The position numbers were made by a program, and so were the translations under genes. From assembly GCA_964548195.1 (NCBI GenBank), contig CAZJQC010000010.1:1-44871 (forward strand): DNA of 44,871 bases, in the 5' to 3' direction. Of this stretch, positions 29,301 through 39,000 are shown in pieces. The first letter of the stretch is position 1. Each line of letters starts with the position of its first letter. The stretch is from an uncultured bacterium. GTDB lineage: Bacteria > Macinerneyibacteriota > Macinerneyibacteria > Macinerneyibacteriales > DSCS01. The notes beneath the pieces are model-generated. The model had not been told where the DNA came from. It searched no databases and worked only from the letters and a program-made list of their open reading frames with translations.

Positions 29301-30048
29301 TCTCGCGAAAATAGTCCGCGAGCCTTTTCCTCTCGATCTTCAGCGCTATTCCGTCGTCTATCATTGAATAGAGAGAATCTGTCGATTTCAGGTATACCGA
29401 CTCGACATCCTTGAGCTCATTGTATAATATGGGCTCCTCGTAGACGTAGAACTGGCCCGGCGTAAAATACATGGTGACATTCATGTCGTATTTGTCCTGT
29501 ATGCGTTTGAGCCAGCCCGAGACCGTGGAAGAGGTGCTGTACACATTCGTGATATGCATCCTTATGAAACAGACCCGCCCCCGGTCGTACACCCGGAAAC
29601 GCAGCGAGACATCGTTGTCGCGCAGGAAAAGTTTCGGATACGTGACATGTACGGCGTCATCTGAAAAATCCGCCTTGCCCGACCATTCCAGAAGAGCGCC
29701 CTTGTCATCGTATACAGTATAGCCGATATCCCCTTTTTCCGAGAGCTTTGACCCGATTATCGAATTGCGGTTGTTATAAAGCTCCTCCTTTAGGGCGGAA
29801 TAGGCGGATTTGATCTCATCTCTTACGGAAAAGATCTTTTCTTCGAGAAAATATTCGTCGTTCCGAAGCCCCGACATGGTGACAAGATACACCGTCGCCA
29901 ACAGAAAGAAGAGAAAAACAAAACGGTATCTTTTGAACACCAGCGGCACAGCAAGCGACAAGGCGGCGTAAAAGATGAAAAAATTGACCGATCCGGTAAC
30001 GGTAGCAAGATAACTGACCATCACCAGCAGCGGAACTACCAGCCACAT
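26347..30048 (-). CDS. Large multi-TM sensor histidine kinase (NtrY-like C-terminus)
   Basis: Many hydrophobic segments alternating with soluble domains; HAMP, PAS-like segment, IAHELKNPLMP, VRDYAGG, IFEPYFS.K.GGSGLG. Confidence 0.9.
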   Translation of the reverse strand: MWLVVPLLVMVSYLATVTGSVNFFIFYAALSLAVPLVFKRYRFVFLFFLLATVYLVTMSGLRNDEYFLEEKIFSVRDEIKSAYSALKEELYNNRNSIIGSKLSEKGDIGYTVYDDKGALLEWSGKADFSDDAVHVTYPKLFLRDNDVSLRFRVYDRGRVCFIRMHITNVYSTSSTVSGWLKRIQDKYDMNVTMYFTPGQFYVYEEPILYNELKDVESVYLKSTDSLYSMIDDGIALKIERKRLADYFRETTSRFFILTCLLACIIALVRLEGENRFFIWSFTAFLLNLMMGLINPVFLTLALIFFFLNRKKMAAMPAAAGGFIGEYLKIASPLMATVIAGGLYYRAFMDDGGKIAFWIGRITFSNIIATTSIVLFFSILHILYRKTSLAFDMITAIAFVAAVAFLGGITAAFFIAALLLCALARAISLPAGRIKVVAVVFISLSAVFFTAAQGLPHEAFKRIMEKIENEPAALMLKTAENLRTDQVFLWSLKNNLHYDDENLTFFKWLRSPLSRRDYASFMYFKDSNGKIINRYANDCDIAEYVPSPGRVVQKGRFHIYSVSLFYEDDRVGDVVLGIKDDFFLNMDRDTEIYFEHMRDGERVFTTMIYEDTGYSGYSENIIANDADTYRIMVKPVFPIVLKNIFVIVILLALGAALIVVIKKDIKRELGDFVKKNIFVLLLLMAIPFASNFILLSSGFLHDIRIYLRTKLSDQKEEFLKITEDFTEGRHGETDILGRTELAESLNKELRGWHIYKGPLHVNSFDYDSYRANMEESRLGVAETRKLDMEGESYSASPLDYEMNYIFTLKGFPGYYAKLTYVMNRIEVRTFYERLILNLFLQFFLLAFIIVIIFRNVNKVLRPLSDIIVATKEVSYGNLNYELKTDTKIPELKVLFVNFNNMVKRIGLLKRSLEDNRNYLNDMIKSLPIGAVTYDEHGRVKVFNHEILSFGGSISYKSRVSDVFSFDIDYMAEGEGEIKKGGLIFRYIIRKFKYGYIFMIFDITNLILTEKFDVWLQMTQEIAHELKNPLMPIKFSLNRVSKSIRGSRMIPERKADLEELIDIIREETDSIQDIVDRFREHAIDGEKELGRIDVMERLAKVSQSFDTLEFSRSASAILPVIYFSPAKFDLIFKNIFENIVETDADSRAVEIAVYTDRSGNSGDDFLVIHVRDYAGGVRDELLDRIFEPYFSDKKGGSGLGMYLVKKYMTQYGGDVKIEVRPGEGLDIYLYFEVKK

Positions 30049-30130
30049 AACACCATTCCCCCCGTCGGCCGGACAAACACGACCGGACCCATTGGATATT
30101 ATAAAACAGATCCCGTTAAATTATAAGGAT

Positions 30131-31330
30131 TTATTTTGTGATTTTGTCTTTTTTGTACCGTATAACGGTATACGGCGGAAGTTCCGGTTCCGTTTTGGCG
30201 GCATATGTCCTGCCGGGTATGATCTTTGCGCGGCCCTGTTCGGAAAAGCCGTCAAGTTCCAGAAAGCGCATTTGAATACCGTCCCCCGAGGCCGGAATAT
30301 ATTCGTAATCCCTCTCCGTCACAGCGGGCGCCTTGGCATTAAAGCCGCCGCTGCCGTCGATATATCCAAGCAGATCATAGTCGGCAAAGGTCCTGGATGT
30401 CTCAAGGTTTGACATGTATCCGTCCGGGCCGTCGATGAATCCCTCATGATAGCCTCTGTTATTTGCCTGAAACAGGGAGTCGCGGACCTCCGCTGAGGGC
30501 GCGAGCCCGTTGTAATATGAATCCAGGGCGTGTCGATACGCCCTTACCACGGTCGCCAGATAAAGCAGTCCCTTGATGCGCCCTTCTATTTTAAGGCTGG
30601 AGGGCCCGGCGGAAATGATCTCCGGTATTCTGTCAAAAAGCATCAGGTCCCTTGAGTTGAATATATAGAGTCCCCTTTCGTCTTCCCGGATCTCAAACAG
30701 CTCATCTTTTCTTGATTTTTCCCTGACATAATATTCCCATCTGCAGGGATGGGCGCAATCACCCGCGTTTGCGTCTCTACCGGTCATATACTTGCTCATC
30801 AGACAGCGTCCCGAATAAGCCATGCACATGGAACCGTGCACAAACACCTCTGTCTCAATACCTGAGTGCGCGGTGATGTCCGAGATCTCGGTCAGGCTCA
30901 GCTCCCTCGAAAGTATCACTCTGGAAGCTCCCATATCACGCCAGGCGGCGGCCGATTCGATGTCGGTGATATTCGCCTGCGTGCTGACATGTATGTCTAT
31001 GCCGGGCGCGGCCCTCTTCACGAGGCTCAATGCCCCGGGATTGGATACAATAAATGCGTCCACTCCCCTGCGGGCAGCTTCGGAAGCGGCCTCAGACATG
31101 CCCTTTATGTCACTGTTGCGCTGATATATGTTCAGAGTCATGTACCCTTTTTTACCCTTGTCGTGAAGCATGCTCATCATGTCCCCGATGTCATCCATGG
31201 AAAAATTGCCGCTTCTTGAGCGCAGGTTATAATCTCCCGCTCCGAAATAAACGGCATCGGCGCCGTACGCCAGGGCGATCTCGCATTTTTCCATATTGCC
31301 GGCAGGGGCCAGAAGTTCGACGCGCCTCAT
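30131..31330 (-). CDS. Peptidase U32 family protein (TrhP/YegQ-like tRNA hydroxylation protein)
   Basis: ELLAPAG, GADAVY.G, HVSTQAN, LSRELS, EVFVHGSMCMAYSGRCLMS, N.G.CAHPCRW.Y, SLKIEGR. Confidence 0.93.
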   Translation of the reverse strand: MRRVELLAPAGNMEKCEIALAYGADAVYFGAGDYNLRSRSGNFSMDDIGDMMSMLHDKGKKGYMTLNIYQRNSDIKGMSEAASEAARRGVDAFIVSNPGALSLVKRAAPGIDIHVSTQANITDIESAAAWRDMGASRVILSRELSLTEISDITAHSGIETEVFVHGSMCMAYSGRCLMSKYMTGRDANAGDCAHPCRWEYYVREKSRKDELFEIREDERGLYIFNSRDLMLFDRIPEIISAGPSSLKIEGRIKGLLYLATVVRAYRHALDSYYNGLAPSAEVRDSLFQANNRGYHEGFIDGPDGYMSNLETSRTFADYDLLGYIDGSGGFNAKAPAVTERDYEYIPASGDGIQMRFLELDGFSEQGRAKIIPGRTYAAKTEPELPPYTVIRYKKDKITK

Positions 31331-32331
31331 TTCAAATACTTTCTCTTGGCAGCCAGATGTTCGGGGTAGGTCACGGAAAAATGATGCGTGCCGTCCTTTT
31401 TTGAGACAAAATAGAGGAAATCCGTATCCGAAGGGTTCAACACGGCTTTGATGGATTCTATCCCCGGACTGTTTATAGGCGTGGGCGGAAGTCCGTAGTT
31501 CTTATAGGTGTTGTATGGCGACTCTATCTCCAGGTCGCGAAAGGAAAGCTTTTCGCGATGCTCCCCCAGTGCATACTGTATGGTCGCACAACTTTCCAGC
31601 GGCTGCTCTATCTTGAGTCTTTTTATGAACACCTGGGCTATCAAAGGCCTTTCCTCGTCCGTCTTCGCCTCCCCTTCAATAATCGATGCAAGCGTCAGTA
31701 TCTCATTGAGCGTCATCTCCGAAGCGGCTATGCGCTCCTCAAGGCCGGCCTCCTTTATCCTGAACCGCAACTCACCGCACAGATCCCTTAAGATATCTCG
31801 CGGATCGGCGGATGATGGAAAATAGTAGGTGTCCGGATAACAATATCCCTCGAAATTCGCGGAACCGACCTTAAGCTCCCGCAGCAGTCCGGCGTCTTCA
31901 TACAGTCCCGCAAAGGCATCCGGCGAGGCAATAACGCCCGAATCATACAGCCGCGAGGCGATCTCCTTAAAGGAGATTCCTTCCGGCAACGTGACCCTTA
32001 TGCCCTTCTCATGGCCCTTGGCAAAGAGCGACGCCAGCCTGATGATGCTGACATTGCCCTTCAGATAATAATCGCCGGCGTTTATCTTGCCCGGAAATAT
32101 CTTATAGTACAGCTTAAAGGAAAGCCTGCCTGGGAATATTCCCCCGCCGTAAAGGTCCGCGAGCACATCGTCAAGGGTGTCTCCCTTTTCAATTTTCAGG
32201 TAGAATGTATTGGTCACCTTAAAAGGGCGTATCCAGTCAAAAAGCAGGACAAATATGATCAGAAGCGGCAAAAAAGCCGGCAGATAACGTCTTATGATGA
32301 TTCTTCTTCTCTCCGCCGCAAACAATCTCAT
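31327..32331 (-). CDS. mltG: Endolytic transglycosylase MltG (YceG family)
   Basis: N-terminal TM; VTLPEG, EGYCYPDTY, LASIIEGEA, SPYNTY...GLPPTPINSPG, LYFVS..DG.H.FS. Confidence 0.95.
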   Translation of the reverse strand: MRLFAAERRRIIIRRYLPAFLPLLIIFVLLFDWIRPFKVTNTFYLKIEKGDTLDDVLADLYGGGIFPGRLSFKLYYKIFPGKINAGDYYLKGNVSIIRLASLFAKGHEKGIRVTLPEGISFKEIASRLYDSGVIASPDAFAGLYEDAGLLRELKVGSANFEGYCYPDTYYFPSSADPRDILRDLCGELRFRIKEAGLEERIAASEMTLNEILTLASIIEGEAKTDEERPLIAQVFIKRLKIEQPLESCATIQYALGEHREKLSFRDLEIESPYNTYKNYGLPPTPINSPGIESIKAVLNPSDTDFLYFVSKKDGTHHFSVTYPEHLAAKRKYLK

Positions 32332-34508
32332 GATATTACCATTTTTCCCTCTGCATAACCCAGCGATATTTTCTTCTTCTCTGCGATCCCCGCGGAATAA
32401 TACTGGCCCGCAAGAAAATAAAACACATGCTTGCGGAAGATGCTCTGCATGGACCTGAGTTTGTCGTCGGACTCCTGCACCTTTGAGACAAGGTGTTCGA
32501 TCAGGGAGTCATCCACAACCCAGTCTATGTCCATCTTGGCGGTAAGGGCCGACATAAGATTCGCCCTGAGGATCTCGGCGATGTCCTTTTTTCTCAGTTC
32601 ATTAAATATCACTATGCTGTCTATGGTTGCCGTCAGGTCCTGCTTCAGTATGCCCGACATCGCTTCGTTTACGGCAATACGGTCGAAATCATAGCCGCTG
32701 CGCGGCACAAATCCCATCTGCTTCTTTTTATCCTCATAAGCCTTCACCGTCATTATCACTGTGATGCCCTTGAAGGAGACGGTATTGCCGTGGCTGTCGG
32801 TAAAGGAGCCTGTCTTAAAAATTTCCGTGAACAGTTCCCTCACCTCATGGGCCGCTTTGTCGATCTCCTCAAGGAACAGTATCGAATGGGGATATCTGTG
32901 TATCTTCTCCGTCAATATTGAGGGGAAACTCCCCCCTTTGGCCGGGTCGTTGTAACCCAAAAGCTCCCAAATGGATTCGGGCTCGGTGAAGTTCCCCATA
33001 TCAAGGTATGAGACCCTTCTCCCGTCATCGTACAGTACATCCGCAAGCGCTGTGACCATCTGTTTTTTGCCCACACCGCGCGGCCCGACGAAAAGGAAGA
33101 TGCCGTTCGGCAGGCCGGGATCCAGATTAAATCTGTTTCCCTTGGACCTGACCACTTCCGCTATCTGAGCTATCGACTCCCTCTGTCCGGCGACTTCCGA
33201 AGCCAGACGCTTTTCTATGGCGGCGTATTCCGAAAAATCACCGCGTATTCTCCAAACCGGCACCCCGGCAAGCTCGGAGACGATCTCGTCTATGTCGGAT
33301 GACCTGAGAGCCGTCGGCCCGGCGCCCTTCGCATTCAGGGAACGTCTTGTGGCGGACATGTCCAGCACATCCAGCGTCTCCTCTATGGGTTCGTTCTGCC
33401 CCAGAAACTGGGAGACCCGGTGATAGGCGTGTCTGACCGCAGAGCCGCTTATTTTCAGATCGTGTTCCGTTTTGATCCTTTCGGCAAAACGCTCAAGTAC
33501 GCCGATTATTTTCTCGCCGGAAAAGCCCTGAAGCTTCACCAGGTCGATCCTGCTTCTGATGTAATTATCCTTGTCCACCATGAGAGAAAGCCCGCTTCTT
33601 TCGGAAGACCCTATTATCCTCACGCGCCCCCTTTTCAGGAAGGGTTTAAGGAGCATCGGCAGATCTATCGCTCCCGAACCGTAATATTCGGGGTATAACT
33701 CGTCAAAATAGAGTATTATGTTGTTATATTGTTCGGCTTCGTCAAGCACCTCTCTCAATCCGCTTACAAAGCCGTTTATATCATCTGAATCCGCGATGAG
33801 AGAATCCGTCATCATATGGATGACATAATTGCCCTGAAGCGCGGAATCCTCGCCGCCTTTCAATATGCGGTAGGCAAGGCCCTCTGCGAACAACGATTTC
33901 TCCACACCCTGTCCGCCGACTATGAGGGGTATGTTTTTATATGTGCGGCACATGATCTCCATGAGCTCGTCTATGATCTTCCAGCCGGCGGTGACGGGCA
34001 CATAACCGTTCTTTTCTATCACCAGATTAAGGTTTACACCGTATTTCATCATGACGCTTTTGTTCTCCACGTAGCTCCTTTTCATCTCCTCTATGTATAT
34101 GATGTCCTCAAGCGCCGACAAATCGACGCCGGCCCTGCTGAACACGTCCTCGACGGCCTCGTCGGGTTCGTCAAGGATCGCCATCAACAGATGAAGGGGG
34201 CGGACCTCCTCTTCCTGGGACTGAATGGCGATTATTCCGCTCAGCCTCAACACCTCCCTGGTGCTTTCGGCCACGGACACCTCCGTATCCGACGCCGGAA
34301 GGGACTTCATGACATCATCCGTATTTTTTTCTATAGCGGCCGCGTCTATGTTATGTATCTTGAACCAGTATTCGACCTTGTCCGTTTTGGATATCAACAG
34401 GGATTTCAGAAGATGCACCGGCAATATGACGCCGTTGCCCGACGCGGCGGACTGTGCATATTCTATTATCTTCTGCAGCGAGTCGCTGAAATTATATTTC
34501 TTCATCAT
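32328..34508 (-). CDS. ClpA/ClpC-like double-AAA+ protein with degenerate ATPase motifs (start ATG 34508 or 34505)
   Basis: Two Clp-N repeats (HLLKSLL, HLLMAIL); NBD1 remnants (KNIPLIVGGQGVEKS..EGLA, LYFDEL, LKPFL.RG); NBD2 remnants (FLFVGPRGVGK, LTEKI.RYPHSILFLEEIDKA, G.FTDSHG.TV.F); MGF loop. Confidence 0.85.
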   Translation of the reverse strand: MMKKYNFSDSLQKIIEYAQSAASGNGVILPVHLLKSLLISKTDKVEYWFKIHNIDAAAIEKNTDDVMKSLPASDTEVSVAESTREVLRLSGIIAIQSQEEEVRPLHLLMAILDEPDEAVEDVFSRAGVDLSALEDIIYIEEMKRSYVENKSVMMKYGVNLNLVIEKNGYVPVTAGWKIIDELMEIMCRTYKNIPLIVGGQGVEKSLFAEGLAYRILKGGEDSALQGNYVIHMMTDSLIADSDDINGFVSGLREVLDEAEQYNNIILYFDELYPEYYGSGAIDLPMLLKPFLKRGRVRIIGSSERSGLSLMVDKDNYIRSRIDLVKLQGFSGEKIIGVLERFAERIKTEHDLKISGSAVRHAYHRVSQFLGQNEPIEETLDVLDMSATRRSLNAKGAGPTALRSSDIDEIVSELAGVPVWRIRGDFSEYAAIEKRLASEVAGQRESIAQIAEVVRSKGNRFNLDPGLPNGIFLFVGPRGVGKKQMVTALADVLYDDGRRVSYLDMGNFTEPESIWELLGYNDPAKGGSFPSILTEKIHRYPHSILFLEEIDKAAHEVRELFTEIFKTGSFTDSHGNTVSFKGITVIMTVKAYEDKKKQMGFVPRSGYDFDRIAVNEAMSGILKQDLTATIDSIVIFNELRKKDIAEILRANLMSALTAKMDIDWVVDDSLIEHLVSKVQESDDKLRSMQSIFRKHVFYFLAGQYYSAGIAEKKKISLGYAEGKMVIS

Positions 34509-36066
34509 CACCGTCCCCGTCAAGTCCGAGATCCGTCATCTTTTCGATCTTTTCCCTTACCTCGTCCAGCGTGGGATCCAATGCAAGCGCCTTTTTCCAG
34601 GAGGAAAGGGCCGAATCATATTTTTCCATCTCAAAAAGAGCGTCGCCCAACGATATGTAGGCTTTTGAAAAATCAGGATTTTTTTCCACGGACCGCTTAA
34701 AAAATCCGGCGGCTTTTTCGGGGTCATGCCCCTCAAATAACATCATGCCGAGGTTGTAATATCCCTCGCTGAAATCCGGGTTCATGTCGATGAGTTTCTT
34801 GAACACCGCAGACGCCTTCTCTTTCTCGCCCTTTTCCGAAAACGCCACTCCCATATTGCTGTAAGCGCCCCAAAGCCTGCTGTTAAGCCTGAGGGCTTCC
34901 TTGAAATTGGTGATCGCGTTATCATAATCGCCGCTCATCAGCAGCGAAAGCCCCGAATCATTGAACTTCTCCGCTCTTTTCAATGTCATTGAAGTCTCTT
35001 CGCTTTCAAAATACTTTTCCTGCACGGCGATGAACCTGTCAAAGGACTTCATGCTCTCCGCTATGGTACTGATCAGCGCGGATTGGCTCTCGGCGATGCG
35101 TCGCATCTCCTCCGAGACGGAGGAAACGGCTTCTGAGATCTTCTCGGTGTTTTCCCGCAATGCGTCCAGCCCTTCGAGATAACGGCCCGACACCTCGCCC
35201 GCGTCACGGAAATACTCCGTGAAAAACGACTCCCTGGGCACGCCGGCCAGTCCTTCGCTTACCGCATTCAGACCGGACGCGGCTTCGGCAAGGCTGCCTT
35301 CCATATTGCGCACCGATGATGCGAAGTTATCGGACTGTCTGTCCACGGCAGATATTATCTCGGCGGTCCTGTCCGCGGTTATTGCGCCAAGGGCTTCGCT
35401 TTTGGCCAATATGTCCTGCTGTATCTTCAATGAAGCCGCCAAAGGTTTCTTGAGTGTGTCCAGCAGCATCTTGATCGTGTCCGTGTTGAATCCGTCACCG
35501 GCTGAAACTCCGCTTGTCGCTTTTTCCATCCCGAGAAAGATCTTTTCATTAAGCTCTTTTATGCCGTTTAGTATATCCGTGACGCCGCTCATCCCTGTCA
35601 GTTGAGCATATTGCCCGGCAAGGCTGTCGCGTATCTCCTCGAGCACCTGTATGGAGCCGCCCTCGGCCGACGGCTGCGAAATATGCGCTACGCCCTCGCC
35701 CGTTGCTCCACCCGCGACCGCCGCCAGTATCTCTTTGAGCAATCCGGTGTTCTCCTCATGCCATTTGTTTTCTTCCGCCCTGGCTTCCACATACTTTTTG
35801 CCGTTGTCAAAGGCTTTCAGAAATTCGTTAAGCGGGCGGTAAGTCTTATTCATCATACCGCCGATCTTTTTGATAAGCTTTCCGTTATCGGCGCCGGAGG
35901 CGGCGATAGCTTTTTCAATTCTCCCGGTGTCCAGGGAAATATCACCGTTAAGCGAAGCGAATATGCATCTTTCTTTTTCCCTGTCGTATATGTAACAGTC
36001 GTTCCCGAGGCATTCTGCAGCCGCCCCATCCTTTTCAGGCAAAAAAGGGCAAAGATTATTTCCCAT
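34492..36066 (-). CDS. Protein with N-terminal Cys4 cluster, long helical/coiled-coil middle and C-terminal TPRs (start re-called to ATG 36066)
   Basis: GGAGGGG RBS; C-x12-C-x4-C-x9-C; heptad-like middle; clear TPRs (AYSNMGVAF, GYYNLGMML, AYISLGDAL). Confidence 0.85.
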   Translation of the reverse strand: MGNNLCPFLPEKDGAAAECLGNDCYIYDREKERCIFASLNGDISLDTGRIEKAIAASGADNGKLIKKIGGMMNKTYRPLNEFLKAFDNGKKYVEARAEENKWHEENTGLLKEILAAVAGGATGEGVAHISQPSAEGGSIQVLEEIRDSLAGQYAQLTGMSGVTDILNGIKELNEKIFLGMEKATSGVSAGDGFNTDTIKMLLDTLKKPLAASLKIQQDILAKSEALGAITADRTAEIISAVDRQSDNFASSVRNMEGSLAEAASGLNAVSEGLAGVPRESFFTEYFRDAGEVSGRYLEGLDALRENTEKISEAVSSVSEEMRRIAESQSALISTIAESMKSFDRFIAVQEKYFESEETSMTLKRAEKFNDSGLSLLMSGDYDNAITNFKEALRLNSRLWGAYSNMGVAFSEKGEKEKASAVFKKLIDMNPDFSEGYYNLGMMLFEGHDPEKAAGFFKRSVEKNPDFSKAYISLGDALFEMEKYDSALSSWKKALALDPTLDEVREKIEKMTDLGLDGDGDDEEI

Positions 36067-36077
36067 ATCCCCTCCAG

Positions 36078-39000
36078 TCATTTTGTAATAAAGTTACCGC
36101 TTTTGTCACTGTCAAAGAGAGCTTCTTCCCTTTGGATGATCTGCATCAGGGCCGAATATTCAGTCTCTTCGACTGCCCCTTTCAACAGGCTGAGATAAAA
36201 AACGGCCTGTTTGTAGAAATGGAGCTCCCGGCACGCCTTTATAAAAAGTTTTATTATACTGATACTTGATGTGTCCACGGAAAGCGGGTCTATGTTCAGC
36301 TTTGAAGCGACGGTCAGCACTCCGATATAATCTTTTTGCGAATTATAATATTCCGCCAGAAGTCCCAGTCTTCTGCGTTCGTTTCCAAATAAGCCGGAAG
36401 CGGACAGCTTTGCGTAGGCTTTACGGTATTCACGCCGCCTCAGCAGGATCTCGGCAAGATCAAGCTCGGCCTCGGCGTCTCCGCTTTGTTCCAGATACGG
36501 TATCCAGAAAGCGTCGTTTATTTTCATGGCTTCGTCATACAATGCCAGCTGTCTCTTTATGCTGCCCGCGTACTCTCTTGCCATGTCAAAATAGCGGGCG
36601 GCGTTTTCATCGTCTCCGCCCTTTTTGCAGAGATCGCCGTACATAAGGGCATAACGGGCTTTGCTTTCATCATCGGAATCCGTTTTTTCAAAACCAGCCA
36701 GAGCTGCTTTTATTTTCTGCGGATCGCCTTTCTGGTATAAAAACGATATGTAATAGTCAAATATACGTCCCTCATTGCCGCTTTTCTCCAGCAATTCGTT
36801 CAGAAGTCTGTCAAGCAGCCCCTCCTCGTCGTAAAGCGCCGACGCGTTCTTGATGATATAGTCAAAGGCCGGGACAACACCGGACACTTTCATGATCATA
36901 TTGCACATGAGCGCGATGAAAGCAGGGTCGTCGCCGCCCGGCCCCAATGACTCAAGTTTTTCTATGATCCCGGCCATACGTTCCGGATCGATGATATCCA
37001 TGGCCTCTTCCAGCGCCTCAAATGCCCTGATCCGTTTTCCCGTGTCAAGGTTAAGCTCTATAAAGAAAGTCCATGCCTCCTTGTCCGCAGTCTCGGAAAT
37101 ATTTTTTTCAACCAGCAGGAGTATTGCCTCGGCATCGGAAACCCCTCCCAGTTCAACGGCTTTTTTATAATGGCCGACGGCCTCGCCAAAATGGCCGGTC
37201 TTCCAATAGTGGTCGCCCAGCCGCCTATACGCGAATTTATCGTCGGGGAATACCGTCGTCATGTTGCGAAGCACCTGTATGTACTTCAACTGATACTCTT
37301 CGGCGATGTCTATCGAGGATATGAACATCACGGCATCCTCGTAGCGTTCCGTGTCGATATACACCCGTATCAGTTCCAGCATAAAGAACTGATCGTCCCT
37401 GTGTTCATGGGACATCTTCTCGAAATAACTTACAAGACTCGCTGAAGCGGACGGGTCCATGGTCATGCCCTGATTAAACAGGGACACGGCTTCGCGGTGG
37501 TTCCCGCGTTCAAACTCAAGTTTGCCCGCAAGTATCCTCAGCGCCGGGTCCTGAGGGACCTCCTCTATGGCCGATGTGAGCTCCGCCGATACCAGCTCGT
37601 CGTTCTGGGTGTCGGCACCGATGACCTTGTCAAAAAGCGCGGCCATTATTCCGTATTCCCTGATATGCCTGTAAAAAGAACCCAGTATGAGATAAAGTCC
37701 CGGATTGGGGCGGGCTATTTCCCTGATCGAATCCGTTATGTCCCTGATCATATAAAGATGTTCCACCGAACCGTATTTGATCAGCCGCTGTATGCTCTTT
37801 ATGACGGTCGTGGTGTCTTCATGCCTGTAACTCAATTTCGCGAGGGCCACGTAGGTCCAGGGTATTTCCGGAGCGCGCGTAAGAATGCTTTTTATGAAAC
37901 GTTCCACATCGTCTATGAGGTTTTGCTCCTCCGCCACCTTGAAGTAAAGTTCCACAAGCCCGTTATCCACATAACCCTCATCAGCCACACGCTCGACGAC
38001 CTTCATGATCTTCGACGCCTCGGCGGGGTATGCCAGATAGACGGAATACATCTGGTCGACAATATCGGCATACCTGCGGTTTTTGATCAGCATGTCCACA
38101 AAGGTCCAGCGAAGCTCGCCGTTCGCGGGGTCCCTTTCTATAAGGCTGTCGCAGATGTCCCCCGCCTTGGCCGACAGTTCCGCGTTCCCGGAGGCCAGGA
38201 CCTTCCGTATGTCGGACATGGTCGCATCGACATTGTTCACAAGCGCGTTAAGCGAGGCGGAGGTGAACACCGCATACGCGTCTCCGGGTGAATCATGAAG
38301 CACGATGTTGATAAGCCCGATAAGCTTTTCGCAGTAATCTGTTTCGTTTTCGGCTATCAGCACTATGCGGTCATATATATTGGCAAGTGATTTCGGGTCC
38401 ATGCGTATGATCTCGCCCACAAGCTTCAACGCCTTATTGAAGATCTTTCTTTCCAGAAATATATCCAGCAGGAGTATGCGTATCTTCAGCGACTTTTTGG
38501 AACTTTCGACGATCTTCTCAAGGCCGGCGACCGCATTGTCGGACATCTCGGGAAATTCATCCATCAGCCTTTTATAATGTGAAAACGCGGTCTTCAGGTC
38601 CCCCCGCCGGACCTCCACCTCTCCCATGAGATTCAGATAAGCAGCTTTGCCGGAGTCCGTGCCGGACAACCTGTCATGTATATAGTCGGCGCAGGTGCCG
38701 TCTGTCCTGAACAGCTCGGAAAAATATTCCAGAGCCTTGTCCTCGTCTCCGCAGCCGGCGTAATATTCGCCCAACACCTTGTAGGCGTCGCTTTTATCGG
38801 ACAACTCATCTATCATGGCCATGACTGTCCCGACGATCTTCTCAGAGGACCTGTCCTTGATCTGCATGACTTTTTTCATGGCCTCTTCATGGTTTCCCTT
38901 TTTTATAAGTATCTCGCTCTGCAAAAGCATGACTTCGGGCAGAGGGCCCGAACGCATATATATGTCCATGAGGAACTCATCTATATATTCAATGTCGCCC

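Noticed and set aside
30098..30126. TATAAT boxes upstream of the large histidine kinase
   Set aside because: A plausible -10 element, but there is no convincing -35 or extended -10, so it was not called as a feature.
32328..34508. Calling the Clp homologue a pseudogene or a T6SS ClpV
   Set aside because: The ORF is uninterrupted and full length, and no T6SS genes are present in the window.
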